64,000 nt of DNA from Nemertoderma westbladi (taxonomy: Eukaryota; Animalia; Xenacoelomorpha): contig JAUCBJ010009135.1 in the NCBI GenBank assembly GCA_032718475.1, positions 82,626 to 146,625 on the forward strand, given 5' to 3'. The position numbers were made by a program, and so were the translations under genes. Positions within the stretch are counted from its first letter, which is position 1. Every line of letters starts with the position of its first letter. The notes below the pieces were generated by a model. That model made no database searches, had not been told where the DNA came from, and saw only the letters and a program-made list of their open reading frames with translations. Positions 10,891-24,000 of this stretch are shown here, one piece after another.

Positions 10891-12092
10891 TTAAGTTTTT
10901 GGTGAATAATTTAACCTCAAATCATCGTCGATTCATTACTGTACTGCACTGTAACAGAAGGATGTACTGACAGGGATATTACTACACGTGTTGCTATGGT
11001 GACCAATGAGATTTTAAATACTTGGTGTGGTTCTGTGGTTGTCTTCAACAGGCCCAAATATATGGGTGACCTCAGTTTGTGTTCGCACATGCGCTGCTAC
11101 ACTTCCCGCTCTACCAGGCCCCCTCCACGAGCCAATGGATGCAGTTCTTCGCGGATCTCTAACGCTTTCAAGATGTGGAAAGGCTTAACTTCAAAACCTA
11201 TGGACTTCAGGTATTGGATGGTTGCGAAACAAGCGGCTATACAGGCTGCCACCACAATAATTGCACAATTGTGATTCTGCAGACATTAATTAACTTCTTC
11301 GTGAGGTCTACCTAATGCGGAATAAGGAATAGTGTCTACTTTCAAATATCGGTATCAAATATTAAAAGTGCGGTATCATGTAAAAATAAGTGCTGTATCA
11401 AGTAAATGCCGGATTATGTTAAAATAAATGCTGTACCAAATGAGTACTGTATATTCTTATTTGGTATTTTTCTCATTTAGTTATGAAGAAATAATCACAC
11501 TGGGACTTACTGCTGTAACTGGTACTACTGTACTACTGCTTCTACTGGTACTACTGCTGCCTGTACTACTGGTGTGGACTTACTGCTGCTACTAAACTGT
11601 ACTACGACGAATGGAAATGAGGTCCTTCCAGGCTTCCTGATTCTCAACCCCGTGGTTGTCGCAATTTTGATTCTCCCAGAGTAGACTTGTGTAACAACCA
11701 AACAGCCTTGAAGATGAGGACAATTTCGAAAAAGTTATGGGAGTTAGGGAGTAGTGGTGTAATTCAGGCATAGCATTCTAAATGCACGCTGCATTATGAC
11801 ATGCCAATTGTGGACTGCATGGAGTGGTTAATCAGTCGGTTTCAGGGTGTCTGCAGGTCCAATTTCCTGATGGTATCAATTTTTAATAGAGCTACCCATG
11901 CCTTTGCTTTCCTAACTTATCATATAAACCGGTAGGCCAATACCAGTGGTTGCATCGTAATAAGTTAACTAGTTACCAAATAATGTCAATAAGTTAAATG
12001 TTCGAGGTCTTACCTGACGGGAAGAACAAAAAGTGATGTTAGTGAACGAACGAAAAATCCAATTCCACCAATTCAAAAAGGTTCTATTATTG

Positions 12093-12409
12093 TCATTAGG
12101 TCCTAATAACGTGTTAGAGATACGCCCAAAAAACAGGTTAGTAAAATACACATAGTTTATTTAAGAGTATGAGTAATATGTATTTTATTAATTCGATTGT
12201 TATGACAAAAGGCGATAACGAAATAGTACTCATGTATGCGTTTAGGTTAGGTATAATGTACAGTACAGTACACAATTACAAAACCTAAAATTTTAAAGTC
12301 CAACATTAACCGAAATTATTGTAGTGGGATTATACGTTATGACAGAAGGCAATAACGAATCGTACATGTGCATATCTCTTATTGATAACACGTTATTAGG
12401 ACCTAATGA
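12093..12409. mobile_element. MITE-like element with 24-bp perfect terminal inverted repeats
   Basis: tcattaggtcctaataacgtgtta (12093-12116) is the exact reverse complement of taacacgttattaggacctaatga (12386-12409). AT-rich non-coding interior with an internal direct repeat (ttatgacaaaaggcgataacgaa / ttatgacagaaggcaataacgaa). Confidence 0.7.
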
Positions 12410-15050
12410 TATAGAGTCATTGCGTGATCCAATTTAATTATGAATAGAGATGGCACCTATGTGTTACCTTGCAGTGCGACAGCCAGGATTTAGAAGACGG
12501 GTAGAGTATGTGCACCAATGTGTTACCTTGCAGTACAACAGTCAGGATTTAGAAGATGGGTAGAGTACATGCACCAATGTGTTACCTTGCAGTACGACAG
12601 CCAGGATTTAGAAGACGGGTAGAGTATGTGCACCAATGTGTTACCTTGCAGTACGACAGCCAGGATTTAGAAGACGGGTAGAGTATGTGCACCAATGTGT
12701 TACCTTGCAGTACAACAGTCAGGATTTAGAAGATGGGTAGAGTACATGCACCAATGTGTTACCTTGCAGTGCGACAGCCAGGATTTAGAAGACGGGTAGA
12801 GTATGTGCACCAATGTGTTACCTTGCAGTGCGACAGCCAGGATTTAGAAGACGGGTAGAGTACGTGCACCAATGTGTTACCTTGCAGTGCGACAGCCAGG
12901 ATTTAGAAGACGGGTAGAGTACGTGCACCAATGTGTTACCTTGCAGTACGACAGCCAGGATTTAGAAGACGGGTAGAGTACGTGCACCAATGTGTTACCT
13001 TGCAGTGCGACAGTCAGGATTTAGAAGACGGGTAGAGTACGTGCACCAATGTGTTACCTTGCAGTGCGACAGCCAGGATTTAGAAGACGGGTAGAGTATG
13101 TGCACCAATGTGTTACCTTGCAGTGCGACAGCCAGGATTTAGAAGACGGGTAGAGTATGTGCACCAATGTGTTACCTTGCAGTGCGACAGCCAGAATTTA
13201 GAAGACGGGTAGTAGAGTACGTGCACCTATGTGTTACCTTGCAGTGCAACAGCCAGGATTTAGAAGACGGGTAGAGTACGTGCACCAATGTGTTACCTTG
13301 CAGTGCGACAGCCAGGATTTAGAAGACGGGTAGAGTACGTGCACCAATGTGTTACCTTGCAGTACGACAGCCAGGATTTAGAAGACGGGTAGAGTACGTG
13401 CACCAATGTGTTACCTTGCAGTGCGACAGCCAGGATTTAGAAGACGGGTAGAGTACGTGCACCAATGTGTTACCTTGCAGTGCGACAGCCAGGATTTAGA
13501 AGACGGGTAGAGTACGTGCACCAATGTGTTACCTTGCAGTGCGACAGTCAGGATTTAGAAGACGGGTAGAGTACGTGCACCAATGTGTTACCTTGCAGTG
13601 CGACAGCCAGGATTTAGAAGACGGGTAGAGTACGTGCACCAATGTGTTACCTTGCAGTGCGACAGCCAGGATTTAGAAGACGGGTAGAGTACGTGCACCA
13701 ATGTGTTACCTTGCAGTACGACAGCCAGGATTTAGAAGACGGGTAGAGTACGTGCACCAATGTGTTACCTTGCAGTGCGACAGCCAGGATTTAGAAGACG
13801 GGTAGAGTATGTGCACCAATGTGTTACCTTGCAGTGCGACAGCCAGGATTTAGAAGACGGGTAGAGTATGTGCACCAATGTGTTACCTTGCAGTGCAACA
13901 GCCAGGATTTAGAAGACGGGTATAGAACGTGCACCAATGTGTTACCTTGCAGTACGACAGCCAGGATTTAGAAGACGGGTAGAGTACGTGCACCTATGTG
14001 TTACCTTGCAGTGCAACAGCCAGGATTTAGAAGACGGGTATAGAACGTGCACCAATGTGTTACCTTGCAGTACGACAGCCAGGATTTAGAAGACGGGTAG
14101 AGTATGTGCACCAATGTGTTACCTTGCAGTGCGACAGCCAGGATTTAGAAGACGGGTAGAGTATGTGCACCAATGTGTTACCTTGCAGTGCAACAGCCAG
14201 GATTTAGAAGACGGGTAGTAGAGTACGTGCACCTATGTGTTACCTTGCAGTGCAACAGCCAGGATTTAGAAGACGGGTATAGAACGTGCACCAATGTGTT
14301 ACCTTGCAGTACGACAGCCAGGATTTAGAAGACGGGTATAGAACGTGCACCTATGTGTTACCTTGCAGTACGACAGCCAGGATTTAGAAGACGGGTATAG
14401 AACGTGCACCTATGTGTTACCTTGCAGTGCAACACCCAGGATTTAGAAGACGGGTATAGAACGTGCACCTATGTGTTGCCTTGCAGTACGACAGTCAGGA
14501 TTTAGAAGACGGGCAGAGTACTTGCACCTATGTGTTACCTTGCAGTGCAACAGCCAGGATTTAGAAGACGGGTAGAGTACGTGCACCAATGTGTTACCTT
14601 GCAGTGCGACAGCCAGGATTTAGAAGACGGGTAGAGTATGTGCACCAATGTGTTACCTTGCAGTACGACAGCCAGGATTTAGAAGACGGGTAGAGTATGT
14701 GAACCAATGTGTTACCTTGCAGTACGACAGCCAGGATTTAGAAGACGGGTAGAGTACGTGCACCAATGTGTTACCTTGCAGTACGACAGTCAGGATTTAG
14801 AAGACGGGTAGAGTATGTGAACCAATGTGTTACCTTGCAGTACGACAGCCAGGATTTAGAAGACGGGTAGAGTACGTGCACCAATGTGTTACCTTGCAGT
14901 ACGACAGTCAGGATTTAGAAGACGGGTATAGAACGTGTACTTCTTTTCCAATATACTATATAACATTGCAATACCAGCAACAATTTCTTCTGGTATTCCT
15001 TAAGCTCTTAGGATATTCAGCATTTAATCTTTATGGATGGGGTCGAATTC
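12410..15050 (-). pseudogene. Degenerate RTE-type reverse-transcriptase fragment hosting the 59-bp array
   Basis: Right flank 14940-15050 is the reverse-complement homologue of 51990-52090 (MLEILSAYGIPEEIVAGI region). Left flank reads G-N-T-*-V-P-S-L-F-I-I-K-L-D-H-A-M, matching RTE GDTLAPFLFIIVVDY. Confidence 0.8.
12453..14938. repeat. Tandem array, 59-bp unit, ~42 copies
   Basis: Unit ccaatgtgttaccttgcagt(g/a)cgacagccaggatttagaagacgggtagagta(c/t)gtgca, head-to-tail with point variants. Confidence 0.97.
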
Positions 15051-16248
15051 TTTCTCGATTCCAAGCCCCCCCCCCCCCCCTCCTCCCTCCAACATTACAA
15101 ATCCCAAATACAGCGTGGTATATAAATTTCCTTGGGTATTCCCCTGGATACTGGTGATACTACTAATAACTAATACTACTTTAAACTATTAACCCACTCT
15201 ATACAATAAATGAAGCAGTCAATACTTTTGGAACAAATGATTACGATCCTTGTGAAGAAATTGTTAATAAAATAGAATAAATAAATAGAAAGATAATAAA
15301 TATAGTTGACCTTAAATTAAAGACAGTGTGTAATTTCTCGGTATGGGAACTATAATTAATTTATTTAGAAATTAATATTTAAAAAATAATATATTCAATA
15401 ATTTACTAACTTAATAAATTTAATTACAAGACGGTGTCCCACTTCCCTTGGTTGCGCATTTAAAGCCTTATTAGTCCATTTGTTAATATTTGTTGCATTA
15501 AGTAACATCGTGTAATTCCATTTGTTGCTGATTATATATATAATATATATATGTAATTATATCGGCATTATAAAATTCATCCACTGAGAGAAAGCCGCTC
15601 CAATATTAGAGAACAACAATTCCACAGGGTTAGGAATTGGAGATATTATTTAATTTATATTGTATTACGCGATATTTCGACAGGAAGAATATTCACTCGT
15701 CATGAACCCAACATTTTGAAACCTTTGTTTAATTCCCTCAATGCGCGTTTGCTGTAGTTGGGTGATGTGATACGTTTTTAACGCTGAGATATTTTGGTTG
15801 TGAATTGTTTTAGGTATCGGAGATATTTCATTTATAATTAGGGCCTATTAGTGTGAGAGGAAGTAATTTTAGATTATACTGTACAATGTTATATAAGTAT
15901 ATATAAGTAACGAAATAATCAATTTGGAAACCTACCGATCAGCTGACTGCCGTTACCTAATTGGTTGCTTTCAAATTGCCCATTGCTGTACATACTGAAT
16001 CTAATGGGGTGTGAGAGGCGAAAATGCCCCCCCCCCCCCCGCATATTTTGACCGCGGTGGCAAAATCCGCTTGAGGGCTAGCAGATTTTGAATGCCATAG
16101 GATCAAATATGCAAGCAGATATTGTCCATTTGCGCTGATTTTGTCCCCCTTGAATCTAATCTAAACTACCTAACTGATAAATATCCTACCCACAAAAATA
16201 ACTACAGTATCGAAGGTTGGTAATATTGATTGATCATCGGATAATTGA

Positions 16249-16995
16249 GTTACCAATTGAGGGAAATTTAACAGAGACAGGCTTTTCTAACCAAAACAAT
16301 AAACGAAATTGTTACCAATTGAGGGAAACGAACTGGTTACAGAGGCAGGCTTTTCTAACCAAAACAATAAACGAAATTGTTACCAATTGAGGGAAACGAA
16401 CTGGTTACAGAGGCAGGCTTTTCTAACCAAAACAATAAACGAAATTGTTACCAATTGAGGGAAACGAACTGGTTACAGAGGCAGGCTTTTCTAACCAAAA
16501 CAATAAACGAAATTGTTACCAATTGAGGGAAACGAACTGGTTACAGAGGCAGGCTTTTCTAACCAAAACAATAAACGAAATTGTTACCAATTGAGGGAAA
16601 GGAACAGGTTACAGAGGCAGGCTTTTCTAACCAAAACAATAAACGAAATTGTTACCAATTGAGGGAAACGAACTGGTTACAGAGGCAGCCTTTTCTAACC
16701 AAAACAATAAACGAAATTGTTACCGATTCAGGGAAACGAACTGGTTACAGAGGCAGGCTTTTCTAACCAAAACAATAAACGAAATTGTTACCAATTGAGG
16801 GAAACGAACTGGTTACAGAGGCAGGCTTTTCTAACCAAAACAATAAACGAAATTGTTACTAATTGAGCGAAAGGAACAGGTTACAGAGGCAACCTTTTCT
16901 AACCAAAACAATAAGCTGTATTGTTACCAATTGAGGGAAACGAACTGGTTACAGATTCAGGCCTTTCTAGCAAAAACAATAAACGATATTTTTAC
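16249..16995. repeat. Tandem array, 68-bp unit, ~11 copies
   Basis: Unit gttaccaattgagggaaacgaactggttacagaggcaggcttttctaaccaaaacaataaacgaaatt; recurrences at 16311, 16379, 16447; edge copies degenerate. Confidence 0.96.
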
Positions 16996-17132
16996 CGCCT
17001 TCATTTCCTGTAGTACTATATTGGTTTTGTAGTGATTGGTATTGCTATTGTTATATTATTATTACAATATTGGTATTGTCTGATAGTATAATCTGATGAT
17101 ACTGCTGTACTGTGCAGATTTCGCTTTTGATA

Positions 17133-19703
17133 GCACTGTTACTAGGACTGTTGTAGTAGGCCCTACATACATAGGATGCACTGTTACTAGGACTGTTGTA
17201 GTAGGCCCTACATACATAGAATGCACTGTTACTAGGACTGTTGTAGTAGGCCCTACATACATAGAATGCACTGTTACTAGGACTGTTGTAGTAGGCCCTA
17301 CATACATAGAATGCACTGTTACTAGGACTGTTGTAGTAGGCCCTACATACATAGAATGCACTGTTACTAGGACTGTTGTAGTAGGCCCTACATACATAGA
17401 ATGCACTGTTACTAGGACTGTTGTAGTAGGCCCTACATACATAGAATGCACTGTTACTAGGACTGTTGTAGTAGGCCCTACATACATAGAATGCACTGTT
17501 ACTAGGACTGTTGTAGTAGGCCCTACATACATAGAATGCACTGTTGCTAGGACTGTTGTAGTAGGCCCTACATACATAGGATGCACTGTTACTAGGACTG
17601 TTGTAGTAGGCCCTACATACATAGGATGCACTGTTACTAGGACTGTTGTAGTAGGCCCTACATACATAGAATGCACTGTTACTAGGACTGTTGTAGTAGG
17701 CCCTACATACATAGAATGCACTGTTACTAGGACTGTTGTAGTAGGCCCTACATACATAGAATGCACTGTTACTAGGACTGTTGTAGTAGGCCCTACATAC
17801 ATAGAATGCACTGTTACTAGGACTGTTGTAGTAGGCCCTACATACATAGAATGCACTGTTACTAGGACTGTTGTAGTAGGCCCTACATACATAGAATGCA
17901 CTGTTACTAGGACTGTTGTAGTAGGCCCTACATACATAGAATGCACTGTTACTAGGACTGTTGTAGTAGGCCCTACATACATAGAATGCACTGTTACTAG
18001 GACTGTTGTAGTAGGCCCTACATACATAGAATGCACTGTTACTAGGACTGTTGTAGTAGGCCCTACATACATAGAATGCACTGTTACTAGGACTGTTGTA
18101 GTAGGCCCTACATACATAGAATGCACTGTTACTAGGACTGTTGTAGTAGGCCCTACATACATAGAATGCACTGTTACTAGGACTGTTGTAGTAGGCCCTA
18201 CATACATAGAATGCACTGTTACTAGGACTGTTGTAGTAGGCCCTACATACATAGAATGCACTGTTACTAGGACTGTTGTAGTAGGCCCTACATACATAGA
18301 ATGCACTGTTACTAGGACTGTTGTAGTAGGCCCTACATACATAGGATGCACTGTTACTAGGACTGTTGTAGTAGGCCCTACATACATAGAATGCACTGTT
18401 ACTAGGACTGTTGTAGTAGGCCCTACATACATAGGATGCACTGTTACTAGGACTGTTGTAGTAGGCCCTACATACATAGAATGCACTGTTACTAGGACTG
18501 TTGTAGTAGGCCCTACATACATAGAATGCACTGTTACTAGGACTGTTGTAGTAGGCCCTACATACATAGGATGCACTGTTACTAGGACTGTTGTAGTAGG
18601 CCCTACATACATAGGATGCACTGTTACTAGGACTGTTGTAGTAGGCCCTACATACATAGAATGCACTGTTACTAGGACTGTTGTAGTAGGCCCTACATAC
18701 ATAGAATGCACTGTTACTAGGACTGTTGTAGTAGGCCCTACATACATAGGATGCACTGTTACTAGGACTGTTGTAGTAGGCCCTACATACATAGGATGCA
18801 CTGTTACTAGGACTGTTGTAGTAGGCCCTACATACATAGAATGCACTGTTACTAGGACTGTTGTAGTAGGCCCTACATACATAGAATGCACTGTTACTAG
18901 GACTGTTGTAGTAGGCCCTACATACATAGAATGCACTGTTACTAGGACTGTTGTAGTAGGCCCTACATACATAGGATGCACTGTTACTAGGACTGTTGTA
19001 GTAGGCCCTACATACATAGAATGCACTGTTACTAGGACTGTTGTAGTAGGCCCTACATACATAGAATGCACTGTTACTAGGACTGTTGTAGTAGGCCCTA
19101 CATACATAGAATGCACTGTTACTAGGACTGTTGTAGTAGGCCCTACATACATAGAATGCACTGTTACTAGGACTGTTGTAGTAGGCCCTACATACATAGA
19201 ATGCACTGTTACTAGGACTGTTGTAGTAGGCCCTACATACATAGAATGCACTGTTACTAGGACTGTTGTAGTAGGCCCTACATACATAGAATGCACTGTT
19301 ACTAGGACTGTTGTAGTAGGCCCTACATACATAGAATGCACTGTTACTAGGACTGTTGTAGTAGGCCCTACATACATAGAATGCACTGTTACTAGGACTG
19401 TTGTAGTAGGCCCTACATACATAGAATGCACTGTTACTAGGACTGTTGTAGTAGGCCCTACATACATAGAATGCACTGTTACTAGGACTGTTGTAGTAGG
19501 CCCTACATACATAGAATGCACTGTTACTAGGACTGTTGTAGTAGGCCCTACATACATAGGATGCACTGTTACTAGGACTGTTGTAGTAGGCCCTACATAC
19601 ATAGAATGCACTGTTACTAGGACTGTTGTAGTAGGCCCTACATACATAGAATGCACTGTTACTAGGACTGTTGTAGTAGGCCCTACATACATAGAATGCA
19701 CTG
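17133..19703. repeat. Tandem array, 45-bp unit, ~57 nearly identical copies
   Basis: Unit gcactgttactaggactgttgtagtaggccctacatacatag(a/g)at; essentially one recurrent variant site. Confidence 0.98.
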
Positions 19704-19802
19704 CACAACACATTTTATAATTCTTTGTTCAATTTGTTCGGAAGATTTATTAGCAAGGGTATTTATTATTCTGAACACCAAATATACCAAATGTGTACCA
19801 AA

Positions 19803-19958
19803 AGTGTACCAAATATTAATTCACTTAAAATTATTCTGAACACTAGTGTACCAAATATTAATTCACTTAAAATTATTCTGAACACTAGTGTACCAAATAT
19901 CAATTCACTTAAAATTATTCTGAACACTAGTGTACCAAATATCAATTCACTTAAAATT
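19803..19958. repeat. Short tandem repeat, 42-bp unit, ~3.7 copies
   Basis: agtgtaccaaatat(t/c)aattcacttaaaattattctgaacact repeated. Confidence 0.9.
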
Positions 19959-21006
19959 AGAGGAGAACTAGCATTTTTCATGAAAAGGGTCATTTTTTGA
20001 CAATTTCCAAAATAGGGGATGGGGGGGGGGGGGTGCTTTAATGGTATCCTAATCGTACAGTATGTTATGTTGGATAATTCCTATATACATTTTTTGGTGT
20101 ATTTGTTATTGTTTTTACGTAAAACATTATATACACACGCGCAGAACAATTACCATAGCAACGTTCGATGTAAATGCACAGAAAACTAACCATAACATAG
20201 GATTTTTTTAACTCATGTCTTTATTTTAACAAAACTTACCCTCTGACTGTGTCAGAAAACACCCACTTAAATTCATCTTCAGAAAGTTTAATGTTTACAG
20301 TTAAACATTGCAGTTATCTACGCATGGTTTTTACTTGCCAATACAATTAATTAAAATTTCAATGAGAACTGTAATTATACAGTCCGCAATTCACACAGTT
20401 TAACATATAAACAAATTGCGATACTTATTATAGTATGAGAATAACTAAACTAATGTATCAATAAAATTATTATTATTATGAAATTGTTCTATATTCCACC
20501 GATTATATAGGAAAACAAGGCGGAACTTATCGTAGAACTTTGACCCAAACGTAAGTTGCTTTAGCGCCATGAGAAAATGTGGGCTAAGCCCGGCTATAAT
20601 ATGTATAACCTGTAATACAACAGTAAACAGAAAAATCCACCGATTGTAATGCTATTCTATAGACCGGTAATGACAAATACCTATAAATAGCACTGCTATT
20701 GACGCAAAACTGTAGTGCGGTTGTTGCTAAGAGCAATGATATCGGGTATATAAGTTTAATATTGTTTGTCACCTTTTCAACAAAACAATAGCTCATAGTA
20801 CAGGGTACTTTTATTGTGTGGGGAGAACCGATTACAGATGTGTATTAATTATTACAATCGGGTTAATATTATAGAGTCTTACTTATCTGATGTGCGATGG
20901 TGGTAAATGTAAAAGATAAGAAGAAGTGTTTGAATGCAGAGGGAGTGTTGAGCAATTCAGAGAATTTAAATCGGTAGGTTAATAATATTATTCCAGTTGT
21001 GATGAA

Positions 21007-24000
21007 GAAGAGAGGTTCATTTATCCTGTACTACTGTATTAGCACTGTGGTGGTTGGAAGAGAGGTTCATTTATCCTGTACTACTGTATTAGCAATGTGG
21101 TGGTTGGAAGAGAGGTTCATTTATCCTGTACTACTGTATTAGCACTGTGGTGGTTGGAAGAGAGGTTCATTTATCCTGTACTACTGTATTAGCATTGTGG
21201 GGGTTGGAAGAGAGGTTCATTTATCCTGTACTACTGTATTAGCATTGTGGGGGTTGGAAGAGAGGTTCATTTATCCTGTACTACTGTATTAGCATTGTGG
21301 GGGTTGGAAGATAATTTATTCATCCTGTGCTACTGTATTAGCACTGTGGTGGTTGGAAGAGAGGTTCATTTATCCGCTGTACTACTGTATTAGCACTGTG
21401 GGGGTTGGAAGAGAGGTTCGTTCATTTATCCTGTACTACTGTATTAGCACTGTGGTGGTTGGAAGAGAGGTTCATTTATCCTGTACTACTGTATTAGCAC
21501 TGTGGTGGTTGGAAGAGAGGTTCATTTATCCCGTACTACTGTATTAGCATTGTGGTGGTTGGAAGAGAGGTTCATTTATCCGCTGTACTACTGTATTAGC
21601 ACTGTGATGGTTGGAAGAGAGGTTCATTTATCCTGTACTACTGTATTAACACTGTGGTGGTTGGAAGAGAGGTTCATTTATCCTGTACTACTGTATTAGC
21701 ACTGTGGTGGTTGGAAGAGAGGTTAATTTATCCTGTACTACTGTATTAGCACTGTGGTGGTTGGAAGAGAGGTTCATTCATCCTGTACAACTGTATTAGC
21801 ACTGTGGTGGTTGGAAGAGAGGTTCATTTATCCTGTACTACTGTATTAGCACTGTGGTGGTTGGAAGAGAGGTTCATTTATCCTGTACTACTGTATTAGC
21901 ACTGTGGTGGTTGGAAGAGAGGTTCATTCATCCTGTACTACTGTATTAGCACTGTGGTGGTTGGAAGAGAGGTTCATTTATCCTGTACTACTGTATTAGC
22001 ACTGTGGTGGTTGGAAGAGAGGTTCATTTATCCTGTACTACTGTATTAGCACTGTGGTGGTTGGAAGAGAGGTTCATTCATCCTGTACAACTGTATTAGC
22101 ACTGTGGTGGTTGGAAGAGAGATTCATTTATCCTGTACTACTGTATTAGCACTGTGGTGGTTGGAAGAGAGGTTCATTTATCCTGTACTACTGTATTAGC
22201 ACTGTGGTGGTTGGAAGAGAGGTTCATTTATCCTGTACTACTGTATTAGCACTGTGGTGGTTGGAAGAGAGGTTCATTTATCCTGTACTAATGTATTAGC
22301 ACTGTGGTGGTTGGGTAGCACACTCTGGTGGTTGGAAGAGAGGTTCATTTATCCTGTACTACTGTATTAGCACTGTGGTGGTTGGAAGAGAGGTTCATTC
22401 ATCCTGTACAACTGTATTAGCACTGTGGTGGTTGGAAGAGAGGTTCATTTATCATGTACTACTGTATTAGCACTGTGGTGGTTGGAAGAGAGGTTCATTT
22501 ATCCTGTACTACTGTATTAGCACTGTGGTGGTTGGAAGAGAGGTTCATTTATCCTGTACTACTGTATTAGCACTGTGGTGGTTGGAAGAGAGGTTCATTT
22601 ATCCTGTACTAATGTATTAGCACTGTGGTGGTTGGGTAGCACACTGTGGTGGTTGGAAGAGAGGTTCATTTATCCTGTACTACTGTATTAGCACTGTGGT
22701 GGTGGGAAGAGAGGTTCATTTATCCTGTACTACTGTATTAGCATTGTGGTGGTTGGAAGAGAGGTTCATTCATCCTGTACTACTGTATTAGCATTGTGGT
22801 GGTTGGAAGAGAGGTTCATTTATCCTGTACTACTGTATTAGCACCGTGGTGGTTGGAAGAGAGGTTCATTTATCCTGTACTACTGTATTAGCACACTGTG
22901 GTGGTTGGAAGAGAGGTTCATTTATCCCGTACTACTGTATTAGCATTGTGGTGGTTGGAAGAGAGGTTCATTTATCCTGTACTACTGTATTAGCATTGTG
23001 GTGGTTGGAAGAGAGGTTCATTTATCCTGTACTACTGTATTAGCATTGTGGTGGTTGGAAGAGAGGTTCATTCATCCTGTACTACTGTATTAGCATTGTG
23101 GTGGTTGTAAGAGAGGTTCATTCATCCTGTACTGTATTAGCACTGTGGTGGTTGGAAGAGAGGTTCATTTATCCTGTACTACTGTATTAGCATTGTGGTG
23201 GTTGGAAGAGAGGTTCATTTATCCTGTACTACTGTATTAGCACTGTGGTGGTTGGAAGAGAGGTTCATTTATCCTGTACTACTGTATTAGCACTGTGGTG
23301 GTTTGAAGAGAGGTTCATTCATCCTGTACTACTGTATTAGCACTGTGGTGGTTGGAAGAGAGGTTCATTTATCCTGTACTACTGTATTAACACTGTGGTG
23401 GTTGGAAGAGAGGTTCATTTATCCTGTACTACTGTATTAGCACTGTGGTGGTTGGAAGAGAGGTTCATTTATCCTGTACTACTGTATTAGCACTGTGGTG
23501 GTTGGAAGAGAGGTTCATTTATCCTGTACTACTGTATTAGCACTGTGGTGGTTGGAAGAGAGGTTCATTCATCCTGTACAACTGTATTAGCACTGTGGTG
23601 GTTGGAAGAGAGATTCATTTATCCTGTACTACTGTATTAGCACTGTGGTGGTTGGAAGAGAGGTTCATTTATCCTGTACTACTGTATTAGCACTGTGGTG
23701 GTTGGAAGAGAGGTTCATTTATCCTGTACTACTGTATTAGCACTGTGGTGGTTGGAAGAGAGGTTCATTTATCCTGTACTAATGTATTAGCACTGTGGTG
23801 GTTGGGTAGCACACTCTGGTGGTTGGAAGAGAGGTTCATTTATCCTGTACTACTGTATTAGCACTGTGGTGGTTGGAAGAGAGGTTCATTCATCCTGTAC
23901 AACTGTATTAGCACTGTGGTGGTTGGAAGAGAGGTTCATTTATCCTGTACTACTGTATTAGCACTGTGGTGGTTGGAAGAGAGGTTCATTTATCCTGTAC

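Noticed and set aside
17051-19720. Three ~880-aa repetitive ORFs as real genes
   Set aside because: They are a by-product of a stop-free 45-bp unit; they overlap on both strands with almost no unique flanking coding sequence.
15066-20033. Poly-C/poly-G tracts at ~15066, ~16027 and ~20021
   Set aside because: Simple homopolymers with no associated structure.
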